Positions 21,631 through 31,489 of a DNA stretch of 54,540 nt are shown here, one piece after another; position 1 is the first letter of the stretch; each line of letters opens with the position of its first letter. Position numbers and translations under genes: made by a program. Source of the stretch: an uncultured Parabacteroides sp. (GTDB taxonomy: Bacteria > Bacteroidota > Bacteroidia > Bacteroidales > Tannerellaceae); contig URGO01000001.1 in assembly GCA_900547435.1 (NCBI GenBank), positions 1 to 54,540 on the forward strand, written 5' to 3'. The notes below the pieces were generated by a model. That model ran no database searches, was not told the DNA's origin, and saw nothing but the letters and a program-made list of their open reading frames with translations.

Positions 21631-21737
21631 AAAATTTTTGGTTGTTTCTGTACGTTAGACGCTCTAAGGAGTAGGAAAACTACATGGAAATGAAAAAAAA
21701 TTTTCTTTTTCCCGAAATAACCGATGTTTTTCCACAA

Positions 21738-21825
21738 AAAAAGATGCCTATCTTTCGTGTAAAAGGTAGGCATCTTTTTCTTCAATTGTAACTATCTTTT
21801 CTTCCGAAGATAGGCATCTTTTTTT
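21738..21825. repeat. ATGCCTAYCTT / AAGRTAGGCAT repeat cluster
   Basis: Palindromic pair starting at 21744 and 21764, further arm at 21808; related clusters at 1471-1506 and 43741-43828. Confidence 0.65.
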
Positions 21826-21831
21826 AGCTTC

Positions 21832-23286
21832 TTAGATTTTTTCCAACGTACGCTTGATCAGCTCCCAAGTATGTTGTACGGAAGCAATGCGTACCCGTTC
21901 GTCCGGAGAATGCGGATGCTCTAAGTCCGGACCAATGGAGATCATATCCATATTGGGATAGACACCCTGTATAATTCCACATTCCAAACCGGCGTGCATG
22001 ACTTTTACCTCCGGTTCTATGCCGAACAGTTCTTGATAGGTCTCTTTCATCAGACCAAGGATAGGAGAATCGATGTTAGGTTGCCATCCGTTATAGCCTC
22101 CGGTTTCTTCCACTTTCGCACCTGCCATGGCGAAGATACTTTCCAGACTGGAGCACAATGCGTCTTTCCGGCTTTCGGAAGAGCTGCGTATCAATAATTT
22201 TATTTCGATTAACTCATCCGAAGTCTTGACTATCGCCAAATTGGACGAAGACTCTACCGTTCCGGGGAAATCATGCAACATCGTAATCACTCCGTTCTGG
22301 CATCCTTCGATGGCATTAATCAAATCATCCTGGATTTCCTCCGGAATCAATGTTGCGGGCAACTCTGCCATTTCGGCTGAGAAGCAGATATTGTCTTCGA
22401 TTCCGGCATACTCTTCGCGATACATATCCTGATAATCCGAAACCAGCTCCCATAATGCTTCAACGTTATCTCCCGGAATCGTGATGACGGCCTCTGCCTC
22501 GCGCGGGATAGCGTTCCGGAGGCTTCCTCCCTCTATGGCCGAAAGGCGTGCACCATAATCGCATACCGCTTCTTTCAGGAAACGGAACATCAGTTTATTG
22601 GCATTGGCACGGCCTAAATGGATATCCACGCCGGAATGCCCGCCTTTCAATCCCGTCAGGCTTAGCTTTACAGCCACATCCCCTTCGGGAATATACGTAT
22701 CTTCCTTGAATTGGAAAGAAATGTTCATATCTGCACCTCCGGCACATCCTACAAACAATTCGCCTTCCTTCTCCGAATCGCAATTCAGCAAAATATCTCC
22801 TTTCAGGAATCCGGGCTTCAGACCGAAAGCGCCGTCCATTCCCTCCTCTTCATCAATCGTAAACAACGCTTCGATAGGCCCGTGTTCCAATGAATTATCG
22901 GCCAAGACCGCCATAGATAGAGCAGCACCTATCCCATTATCCGCTCCTAATGTTGTTTCATGGGCTTTTACCCATTCCCCGTCAATATAAGCGTCAATCG
23001 GGTCGGTCAGGAAATTGTGGTTAACGGAAGAATTCTTTTGAGGAACCATATCCAGATGTGCCTGCAACGTAACCGTCTTGCGATTTTCTCGTCCGGTAGT
23101 CGCCGGTTTTCGGATAAGTACATTACCCGTTTTGTCTACAATCGTTTCCAAGCCTAAATTTTTGCCGAACTCGGCTACGAATTGTGCTACGGCGGCCGTA
23201 TGGCCCGTTGGACGCGGGATTTGGGTTAGCTCATAAAAATAGTTCCACACCGCCTTGGGTGACAATTCTTTGATTTCTGCTGACAT
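21832..23286 (-). CDS. pepD: Aminoacyl-histidine dipeptidase (M20C)
   Basis: LQAHLDMV, TLGADNGIG, DEEEGM, HAGLECG, HSPDE; true start likely MSAEIK at 23286. Confidence 0.92.
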   Translation of the reverse strand: MSAEIKELSPKAVWNYFYELTQIPRPTGHTAAVAQFVAEFGKNLGLETIVDKTGNVLIRKPATTGRENRKTVTLQAHLDMVPQKNSSVNHNFLTDPIDAYIDGEWVKAHETTLGADNGIGAALSMAVLADNSLEHGPIEALFTIDEEEGMDGAFGLKPGFLKGDILLNCDSEKEGELFVGCAGGADMNISFQFKEDTYIPEGDVAVKLSLTGLKGGHSGVDIHLGRANANKLMFRFLKEAVCDYGARLSAIEGGSLRNAIPREAEAVITIPGDNVEALWELVSDYQDMYREEYAGIEDNICFSAEMAELPATLIPEEIQDDLINAIEGCQNGVITMLHDFPGTVESSSNLAIVKTSDELIEIKLLIRSSSESRKDALCSSLESIFAMAGAKVEETGGYNGWQPNIDSPILGLMKETYQELFGIEPEVKVMHAGLECGIIQGVYPNMDMISIGPDLEHPHSPDERVRIASVQHTWELIKRTLEKI

Positions 23287-23297
23287 AACTTTTATTA

Positions 23298-24305
23298 TTA
23301 AAGGGTTGTTTTTGAGTTTGTTTTCCTGTTCAGAATTGGTAATGCCGCCACACCCACCAATCCGCAAATCCCTGTCCAGGCGGTTTGCAGCGTGTGTACC
23401 ACCAAAGCGAAAGCAGCCGCATCGTTCTCGTTTACACCGAAGCACGTCAACGTGGCAATTACCATAAAATGCCAAGGACCGATTCCGCCCTGTACTGGAA
23501 CCGCTACGCCGATGCTGCTCATGGTAAAGGCAATCAAACCGACCGATATGCCTAAGTCGCGCGTAAAGTCGAAAGCGTAAAAAGTTATATAGAAATAGAA
23601 AAAATAACCCACCCAGATTAATAAGGTCTGGGCAAGAAATAATCCTTTACGATCCATGACCCAAACGCTTTTGATGCCCGTCCAGATATTATGCAACATC
23701 CCTTTCGCTTTCTGAACCAGCGTAAAGTTACTCAAATATTTGAATACGAACCAAATTCCGAAGATAAAAAATACAGCAAAGGCATAAATCCAGATGGAAT
23801 TGAACATGGAACGGAAGCCATCTATCAGTTCCGGATTCTTTCGGAAGAAGTCTAAGAAGAAGTCCATATTAAAGGTTACGATAGAGAGGGTAATCAATCC
23901 TACCATAATCGTATCGCTAACCCGGTCAATTAATAATGTTCCTAAAAGTTTCGTGAACGAGATATTGTCGTACTTGGTCACCATACCGCAACGCCAGACT
24001 TCACCAACGCGGGGCAAAACCAGATTGACTGCATAATTCCCCAATACAGCATATACGGCATTGCGCATTTTAAACTTCTCGCCTAACGATTGAATCAGCA
24101 ATCCCCAACGAAAACCACGGACCAGATTCGCGCCTAATCCGAAAAGGAGGGAGAAAAGGATAATCCGATAGTCTACACCGCTCTTGATAACGTTCCAAAT
24201 CTCGGTAATATCCATGTTCCGATATAAAAACCAAAGCAGCAAACAGCCTAAGGTTAAAGGAAGAAATATCTTGATAACGGTGCGAAATACACTTTTTAAA
24301 TCCAT
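23298..24305 (-). CDS. Lysylphosphatidylglycerol synthase TM-domain (flippase-like) protein
   Basis: RW, PRVGEVWR, DR, PVQGGIGPWH motifs; many TM helices. Confidence 0.82.
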   Translation of the reverse strand: MDLKSVFRTVIKIFLPLTLGCLLLWFLYRNMDITEIWNVIKSGVDYRIILFSLLFGLGANLVRGFRWGLLIQSLGEKFKMRNAVYAVLGNYAVNLVLPRVGEVWRCGMVTKYDNISFTKLLGTLLIDRVSDTIMVGLITLSIVTFNMDFFLDFFRKNPELIDGFRSMFNSIWIYAFAVFFIFGIWFVFKYLSNFTLVQKAKGMLHNIWTGIKSVWVMDRKGLFLAQTLLIWVGYFFYFYITFYAFDFTRDLGISVGLIAFTMSSIGVAVPVQGGIGPWHFMVIATLTCFGVNENDAAAFALVVHTLQTAWTGICGLVGVAALPILNRKTNSKTTL

Positions 24306-24500
24306 TGGATACTTATGTTTGTTATTTTATTCCTACTTTTGTGTCGGGCAAAGATAAGCATATTATTTTTAATAAGTTTGTAAGTTTCTTAGTTTATGCG
24401 CTATTTAGTTTCTAAATCGTAGCGTAACAAGTGTTTATAAACTGACAAACTCAAAAGACAGAAGAATAGAATACAGATAAACCTATTACTCGAAAAGCGA

Positions 24501-25307
24501 ATGAGATTAGTTAAACCGAAAAAGGCTTTAGGGCAGCATTTCCTAAAAGATTTGCAGATTGCCCAGCGCATAGCGGATACGTTGGCAGATTATAAAGGAA
24601 CTCCTGTCCTGGAAATCGGGCCGGGTATGGGAGTACTTACCCAATACCTCCTGGAAGCGGAGCATGACCTGAAGGTGGTCGAGCTGGACCGGGAATCAGT
24701 CGCCTATTTGGAGCAGAATTTTCCGGATCTGAAAGGACGTATCATCGCGCAAGATTTCTTGAAGCTGGATTTGTCGCAATTATATAAAGGTAAATTCTGC
24801 GTTATCGGGAATTATCCTTACAATATTTCCAGTCAGATTTTTTTCAAGGTGCTGGATTACAAAGAGCAGATCCCATGCTGCTCAGGCATGATACAGAAAG
24901 AGGTGGCGGAACGCCTGGCGGCTGCTCCGGGAAGCAAAACATATGGAATCATCAGTGTGTTGCTTCAGGCGTGGTATGACATTGAATACCTGTTTACGGT
25001 CAGTGAGCAGGTGTTTAATCCGCCTCCCAAGGTGAAAAGTGCTGTGATCCGGATGACGCGCAACCAGCGAACCGATTTGGGATGCGATGAAAAGCTCTTC
25101 AAAAGCCTTGTCAAAACGACATTCAATCAACGACGCAAGACTTTGCGAAATTCCATCAAGCCAATCTTGGGCAAAGAGTTTCCGGATTACGACCTCCCGG
25201 TCTTCAACAAGCGCCCGGAGCAGCTTTCGGTAGAGCAGTTCATCGAACTGACTCGATTGGCAGAGAAATATCTGAAAGAAAAAACTTTCGAGGAGAAATT
25301 AGAGTAA
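24501..25307 (+). CDS. rsmA: 16S rRNA dimethyladenosine transferase
   Basis: KKALGQHFL, EIGPGMG, GNYPYNISS, PPPKVKS, QRRKTLRN. Confidence 0.96.
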   Translation: MRLVKPKKALGQHFLKDLQIAQRIADTLADYKGTPVLEIGPGMGVLTQYLLEAEHDLKVVELDRESVAYLEQNFPDLKGRIIAQDFLKLDLSQLYKGKFCVIGNYPYNISSQIFFKVLDYKEQIPCCSGMIQKEVAERLAAAPGSKTYGIISVLLQAWYDIEYLFTVSEQVFNPPPKVKSAVIRMTRNQRTDLGCDEKLFKSLVKTTFNQRRKTLRNSIKPILGKEFPDYDLPVFNKRPEQLSVEQFIELTRLAEKYLKEKTFEEKLE

Positions 25308-25329
25308 GAATAGGATAATAAAATAATAG

Positions 25330-27021
25330 ATGAAGAGCAGGAAAGAAATAATGCAGTCTTTATTCCCCACCCAGCGATACGGTTGGATGGCCATGCTATT
25401 TTTTCTGTTGCTTTTGCCGAACTTTTTCGTGTTGTTTTTGGGGAGCGATTTAGCGGGCAATGCATTGAAGCAACTTGCTTATCTGTTCTTTTCCTGCCTG
25501 TTGTTTCTCATTCCGGCTTTATTCTTGAAAGCCAGAAGCTATTTCCTGCTGATGAGTGTGTTTGTTGGGCTCGCTCCGATTGAAATCGGGCACATTCTCT
25601 TTTTCCGGATGCCTGTTTCGGTCGGGTTAATGACTGCTATTTTGCACACCAATCCGCAAGAAGCCTATGAATTAATCCGTTCTATTGGGGGGTGGTGAAT
25701 ACCGGTGGCTGGAGTTATAGGTTTTTATTATTGGATTATTTTCCGGAAAATTGAAAATAATCCAATTCTAACCTCAAAAGGGAAATGGATGCTCGGATTG
25801 TTTTTCCTGCTGTTTAATATTGCCTTGTTTGCCGCGATGTGGCATATAAGCAGACATTCGGATATGCGCCGAGAAATGGCCATAGATGCCTTTTATTCCA
25901 AATATAGAAAAGTTTATCCTTGTGATTTGCTTGTTGCCACCTATCGGGTACTTGCCTCTGATAGGGAGGTCCGTATCATGCACCGAAAGCTGGCTGATTT
26001 TTCCTTTGGGGCTTGCCGGCAAGATGAGATTTCAGAACGTGAAATTTATGTCCTGGTCATAGGCGAATCAGCTCGTTATGGAAACTTTTCAGTAAATGGA
26101 TATGCCCGGCAGACCTCTCCGCTATTGGACAAGACCGAAAATCTGGTTTCTTTTAGTCAAGCATTGTCTACGGCTAATTTGACGGAAACGGCGTTACGCC
26201 AATTATTAACCCGGGCTACACCAGAGAATCCGGATTTGGCCTATCAGGAAAAGACATTGCCGGAGCTTTTTGCGGAGTGTGGATTCCAAACGGCTTGGAT
26301 TGGAAACCAATCAGCTGGAGACCGGTTTATTCAACGGATTGCCTCGACCGTAGATTATCGTTATTTTTCGACTACGGAATTTGATGCGACCGATAATTTC
26401 GATGAAAAGCTATTGCCGGAAATGGATAAAGTGTTGGACTTGAAGAATCCCAAACAGTTAATCGTATTGCATACGTTGGGAAGCCATTTTCGGTATAATT
26501 CCCGTTATCCGCAAACTTTTGCGCGTTATAAACCAACCCTGGAAGAAACGACCCAATACAATGTAATCCATGTGTCTAACAAAGATATATTGGTCAATAG
26601 CTATGATAATTCCATTGCTTATACGGATTTCATTCTGCACGAGATAATCCGGCGTATTGCGGATACACAGGCTATCGGTGCCGTTGTTTATATTTCTGAC
26701 CATGCCGAGAATCTGTTTGATGACGAGGAGCAACGGGTCATGCATGGAACAGCTACTCCAAACCGGTACGAAGTGCATGTTCCTTTCTTTGTTTGGACCT
26801 CCGACGAATATCTTCAGGTTCGCAAAGAAAAGGTTTTGGAGATGCAAAAGCATAAAGATTGCCGGGTCAGTACGACCAATCTGTTCGATTCATTTGCGGA
26901 TATTGCCGGAATCTCCTATAAACAAGAAGACAAACGCTTGAGTGTTGCCGCGCCGGCCTTTCAGGAAGATAGTGTATGGCGGATAATCACTCCGGATAAA
27001 CATATTATAAAAATGCAATAA
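25330..27021 (+). pseudogene. Phosphoethanolamine transferase (EptA/CptA-like) interrupted by one in-frame TGA at 25696-25698
   Basis: ORFs 25330-25698 and 25705-27021 share a frame; N-terminal TM helices; sulfatase-fold motifs IGESAR, HTLGSH, SDHAE, HG. Confidence 0.8.
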
Positions 27022-27023
27022 CT

Positions 27024-28370
27024 ATGGTTGAGTTGACGAAAGAATACATAGAGAACTTGAAGCACGTCATTGAAGAGAAAAATGATGCGAAGGCCAAAGA
27101 GTTGCTGGAAGAGTTGTATCCTGCCGATATAGCGGAACTTTACAAGGACCTGAATTTGCAAGAGGCGATTTATCTCTATCTGTTGATGGACGGAGAGAAG
27201 GCGGCCGATGTCCTGATGGAGCTTGACGAGGAGGACCGCCATAAGTTATTGAAGGAACTCCCGAACGAGCTTATCGCTAAGCGCTTTGTCGACAACATGG
27301 ATACCGATGATGCGGTAGACCTGATGCGTGAGTTGGACGAAGATACACAGGAAGAAATTCTTTCGCATATCGAGGACGTCGAGCAGGCGGGGGATATCGT
27401 CGACTTGCTGAAGTATGATGAAGACACCGCCGGTGGTTTGATGGGTACCGAGATGATTGTGGTAAACGAGAATTGGAGTATGCCCAAATGTATCGACGAA
27501 ATGCGTAAACAGGCGGAGGACATGGACGAAATCTATTATGTCTATGTGGTAGATGATGACGAGCGTTTGCGTGGAGTCCTCCCGCTGAAGAAGTTGATTA
27601 CCAATCCTTCGGTGTCGAAGATTAAGCATGTGATGCGAAAAGACCCGATTGCCGTACACGATAGCGACAGCATCGAGGAGGTTGCTGACGTCATCGAGAA
27701 ATATGACTTGGTGGCTTTGCCCGTAATTGATAGTATCGGCCGGTTGGTGGGGCGCATCAGTGTCGATGACGTCATGGATGAGGTTCGCGAACAGCACGAA
27801 CGTGACTATCAGTTGGCTTCCGGTATCTCTCAGGACGTAGAGACCTCCGATAATATCTTTACCCAGACCGCAGCCCGTCTGCCTTGGTTGCTGATTGGTA
27901 TGATTGGTGGATTGAGCAACTCGATTATCTTGGGTGGTTTTGAGACGGGTATCGCTACGAATCCCAAGATGGCGCTGTTTATTCCGTTGATTGGCGGGAC
28001 AGGGGGAAATGTCGGTATTCAGTCTTCGGCTATTGTGGTGCAGGGTTTGGCAAATAATACCTTGAAAGAGGGAAATATTTTTGCGCAGGTGTTGAAGGAG
28101 AGCGTTGTCTCGATTATCAACGCAAGCATCATCAGTCTTGTGGTGTTTGTCTACAATTTCTTCATGCTGGGCGACCGTGCCATCACGGCTTCGGTTTCTC
28201 TCAGCCTGTTTGCCGTTGTGCTGTTTGCCAGCATATTCGGGACGTTGGTTCCTTTGCTGCTGGATAAGATGAAAATCGACCCGGCATTGGCTACCGGACC
28301 GTTTATCACCATATCCAATGACATTATCGGTATGCTGATTTATATGTTTATCGCTTCGGCGCTTACATGA
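27024..28370 (+). CDS. mgtE: Magnesium transporter MgtE
   Basis: Acidic N-domain, CBS pair, RLPWL, GGNVG, IDPALATGP. Confidence 0.95.
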   Translation: MVELTKEYIENLKHVIEEKNDAKAKELLEELYPADIAELYKDLNLQEAIYLYLLMDGEKAADVLMELDEEDRHKLLKELPNELIAKRFVDNMDTDDAVDLMRELDEDTQEEILSHIEDVEQAGDIVDLLKYDEDTAGGLMGTEMIVVNENWSMPKCIDEMRKQAEDMDEIYYVYVVDDDERLRGVLPLKKLITNPSVSKIKHVMRKDPIAVHDSDSIEEVADVIEKYDLVALPVIDSIGRLVGRISVDDVMDEVREQHERDYQLASGISQDVETSDNIFTQTAARLPWLLIGMIGGLSNSIILGGFETGIATNPKMALFIPLIGGTGGNVGIQSSAIVVQGLANNTLKEGNIFAQVLKESVVSIINASIISLVVFVYNFFMLGDRAITASVSLSLFAVVLFASIFGTLVPLLLDKMKIDPALATGPFITISNDIIGMLIYMFIASALT

Positions 28371-28388
28371 TTCTGATGGGTCATGCCG

Positions 28389-28413
28389 GAGACGCAGAAT
28401 GTTGCGTCTCTAC
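28389..28413 (-). repeat. GTAG-type REP-like palindrome
   Basis: GAGACGCA-gaatgt-TGCGTCTC-TAC. Confidence 0.65.
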
Positions 28414-28451
28414 AAGCGCTATAACTTACAAACTCATAAACTAAAAACAAT

Positions 28452-29516
28452 ATGGCTACAAAACAAAAGGTTGTGATTTGCCAGGACTTGCAGACCGAGT
28501 TGCAGGCATTTCTGGCGAGTGTGGATTATGATAAGCTATTCCTATTGGCGGATACCAACACGAAGGAGAAGTGCTATCCGCTGATTCAAGATATCCCTTT
28601 GGTGAAGGAGGCGACTCTGATAACGGTCGAGGCAACCGACCTGCATAAGAATCTGGAATCGCTGGCTTCTATCTGGGCGCACCTCTCTAACGAGGGGGCG
28701 ACCCGTCATTCCCTCCTTCTGAACCTGGGCGGCGGGATGGTTACGGATATGGGCGGCTTTGCGGGGGCTACCTTCAAGCGCGGAATCCGCACGGTCAATG
28801 TCCCTACTACCCTTATGGCTTCGGTTGATGCAGCGGTGGGCGGAAAGACCGGCATCAACTTCAACGGATTGAAGAACGAAATCGGGGCGTTCTATCCTCC
28901 GCTGTGTGTCTTTATCGATTGCGGATTCCTCCGCACCTTGGACCGCGACAATATCCTTTCGGGATATGCCGAGATGATCAAGCACGGACTGATTAGTTCG
29001 ATGGAGGTGTATGCTTCGGTCATGCTCTACGACATTGACACGATGAATTACAGTTACCTGAACCAACTGGTAGCGCAATCGGTGGCGGTCAAGGAGGAGT
29101 TTGTGGAGCAGGACCCGAAAGAGCAGGGCGTCCGCAAGGCGTTGAACTTCGGGCACACCGTTGGTCATGCTTATGAGAGCCTTTCGTTCCGGAAGGGTAC
29201 CCCGCTGCTGCATGGTCATGCGGTGGCGGCCGGCATCGTCAGCGAGTTGTTTCTCTCTCACCGTGTCTGTGGGTTCCCGATGGAGAAGCTCAGCCAGGTG
29301 GTCTATTACATCAAGGAATATTACGCGCCGTTTGTGTTCGGCTGCAAGGAGTATGATACGCTTTACGAACTGATGACGCACGACAAGAAGAACGAAGGGG
29401 GAGTCATCAACTTCACCCTGCTGGGGCAGGTGGGCGATGTGCGTATCAACCAGCATGTCTCGAAGGGGCAGGTCCTCGAATCGCTGGATTTCTATCGCGA
29501 GAGTTTCGGGGGATAA
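28452..29516 (+). CDS. aroB: 3-dehydroquinate synthase
   Basis: LGGGMVTD, KRG, PTTL..VDAAVGGKTG, LNFGHTVGHA, HG.AV, DKK. Confidence 0.96.
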   Translation: MATKQKVVICQDLQTELQAFLASVDYDKLFLLADTNTKEKCYPLIQDIPLVKEATLITVEATDLHKNLESLASIWAHLSNEGATRHSLLLNLGGGMVTDMGGFAGATFKRGIRTVNVPTTLMASVDAAVGGKTGINFNGLKNEIGAFYPPLCVFIDCGFLRTLDRDNILSGYAEMIKHGLISSMEVYASVMLYDIDTMNYSYLNQLVAQSVAVKEEFVEQDPKEQGVRKALNFGHTVGHAYESLSFRKGTPLLHGHAVAAGIVSELFLSHRVCGFPMEKLSQVVYYIKEYYAPFVFGCKEYDTLYELMTHDKKNEGGVINFTLLGQVGDVRINQHVSKGQVLESLDFYRESFGG

Positions 29517-29528
29517 TTCCTATAAACA

Positions 29529-29554
29529 GTAGAGACGCAAAATTTTGCGTCTCT
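29529..29554 (+). repeat. GTAG-type REP-like palindrome between convergent genes
   Basis: GT-AGAGACGCAAAATTTTGCGTCTCT, perfect 24-bp palindrome. Confidence 0.7.
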
Positions 29555-29563
29555 TGCCGTCAA

Positions 29564-31408
29564 TTAATTAGTCGCTTTGATAACTAATGGAAATTCGCCA
29601 TCGCTACTTGCTTCGTACTGCCAACTTGTGCCGGACAGTGCTGCGTTCATGGCGTTCTTCGCTGCCGTCCAATCATCGCCCTCCACTTTCTTAGTATCGC
29701 CAGTGCCCGCCTGATTATAGCCTATGCCTTGATCCTGACCGTTGCCTCCCCAGTAGCAGGCGGTGATGACAGGGGCACCGAGTGATGTATAGTTTCGACC
29801 CGTTACGCCGCCTGTGGCTCCATCCGGGCCGCTGACAGTCTCTGTAGCATGGTAGCAGGCGGTCAGGGTGCCCGAACAATTGTCTCCCGTTATGCCGCCT
29901 ACATAACAAGAGCCGGTTCCAGTGCCTGTACCGGTCACGTTGCCCGTGGCATAGCAGGCGGTGAGAATGCTGCCGGTTCCGTTAAATCCCACCACGCCGC
30001 CGGCGAAGGTGTTGATTGTGGAGGCTCTTTCAAAGGTCACGTTTCCTGTGGCATAGCAGGCTGTCAGGGTGGCACTATTATCCGTTTTACCTGCCACGCC
30101 GCCGACTTCGCCCGTTCCCTTCACTGTGGCCGAGGAGCCGCATAGGGTGATGGAACCGCCAAATTGCTGGCCCACCACGCCGCCTGCGGTATGGCGACTG
30201 CTGACACTGCCCGACACCGAGCAGTTTTCAATGTTGCCATTGCTATTACCCGCTACGCCGCCAACACAGCCATACTGGTTATCGCTTTCTATCTGTACGT
30301 CCTTCAGTACCACATTTTTCACCGTGCCGCCGGAGCCGATGTATCCGAACAGACCCGCATATTCGTCACTTCCCTTAACGGTCAGCCCCGTGATGGTGTT
30401 TCCGCCGCCGTCGAAGGTGCCGGTGTATGAGTTGTTATAGGTTGTGCCTATCGGAGTCCATGTCGTGCCCGTAAGGTCGATATCTTTGTCAAGGGTAATG
30501 TTGATGCTGCGATTGCCGTTATTGGCAATGTCTGCCACAGCCTTCAACCCATCTTCGCTGTACACACTATAGGAACCATCGTCTTCTACGATATAATCTA
30601 TATGTAAGGGGACCTCGAAGCTTCCGCCATCAATATAGAAAGTAACTGTACCTTTATCATAGTCCACATCCGGTTTTTGGGTGAAGAAGCTTTCGCCGTC
30701 ATCTCCTGCGCTACCATCCTTACCGCTAACACGATACCAGGTAGTCCCGTTATCCACGCTGAGATACCAAGCGTTAGGGTCTTTGGTGCTTCCTTCGGGC
30801 ATAATCTTGTCATCATCCGCTAACGAGTTACCCAACATAATCTGTGGTGCAGGCGCATTTTCACCATCCTCGCCATCTGCGCCCGGCTTACCCTGCGGAC
30901 CTGTACTGCCGGGGCGACCATCCTGTCCGTCTTCGCCATCGGCACCGTCTTCACCGTCTTGCCCATCCTGTCCGTCCTCGCCGTTGGCACGGATGGGATT
31001 GCCTTCGGAATCCTTCATCAGAGAGCCGTTCAGCGTCCAGTACCAGTTGCCGTCCTCCTGTTGGGTCAAGCCGATTTGCGGCGTAGAGCCGTCTGCTCCG
31101 TCCTCGCCTTTATCCCCTTTTTCGCCATGATAGATGGTAATCGGGTCGGAGTGCAGGAAGGAAATAGTGTAGCCTATCGTCTCTTCGCCCATCATCACGG
31201 GGGTGACAGAGGTAATCATGTCGTTTGTGGTAAGGAGTTTCTGCAGGGCGGCGATGTTATTGTTGGTCTCGTCCTGCCATTGTTCGAGGGCGGCGATTCG
31301 TTCCTCCAGGCCGTTTACCGCTTCCCACAGGGCGGTGTCGTCGTAGTCGTCGCACGCCGTGAAGGTCAGTGCGCACGCCAGCGGTAAAATTGCATAGATT
31401 TTCCTCAT
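29564..31408 (-). CDS. Surface lipoprotein: DUF4988-like N-terminus, collagen-like G-X-Y repeats, GLUG-repeat beta-helix
   Basis: Lipobox FTAC; coiled coil; GEDGQDGQDG repeats; WTPIG...YTGTFDGGG and GGVAG/GGVVG repeats. Confidence 0.8.
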   Translation of the reverse strand: MRKIYAILPLACALTFTACDDYDDTALWEAVNGLEERIAALEQWQDETNNNIAALQKLLTTNDMITSVTPVMMGEETIGYTISFLHSDPITIYHGEKGDKGEDGADGSTPQIGLTQQEDGNWYWTLNGSLMKDSEGNPIRANGEDGQDGQDGEDGADGEDGQDGRPGSTGPQGKPGADGEDGENAPAPQIMLGNSLADDDKIMPEGSTKDPNAWYLSVDNGTTWYRVSGKDGSAGDDGESFFTQKPDVDYDKGTVTFYIDGGSFEVPLHIDYIVEDDGSYSVYSEDGLKAVADIANNGNRSINITLDKDIDLTGTTWTPIGTTYNNSYTGTFDGGGNTITGLTVKGSDEYAGLFGYIGSGGTVKNVVLKDVQIESDNQYGCVGGVAGNSNGNIENCSVSGSVSSRHTAGGVVGQQFGGSITLCGSSATVKGTGEVGGVAGKTDNSATLTACYATGNVTFERASTINTFAGGVVGFNGTGSILTACYATGNVTGTGTGTGSCYVGGITGDNCSGTLTACYHATETVSGPDGATGGVTGRNYTSLGAPVITACYWGGNGQDQGIGYNQAGTGDTKKVEGDDWTAAKNAMNAALSGTSWQYEASSDGEFPLVIKATN

Positions 31409-31489
31409 TTTGTTTTCAGTTTGGCTCCCTACGGGAGCGGTTATTGATTGTTATTATTTGCAAGTAATCCGGATTTATGATTAGTTTGT

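Noticed and set aside
23287..23475. N-terminal extension of pepD in the ORF track
   Set aside because: Overlaps the upstream gene; the recognisable PepD sequence starts at 23286
25687..25692. G6 tract as a phase-variation switch for the pEtN transferase
   Set aside because: Both halves are already in frame, so a 1- or 2-nt change would frameshift the gene rather than restore it
7496..25698. Alternative genetic code explaining the in-frame TAG and TGA
   Set aside because: Both codons end other genes normally in this window (TGA ends mgtE and rnz; TAG ends the GlsB-like gene and rprX), and each interrupted gene has only one such stop
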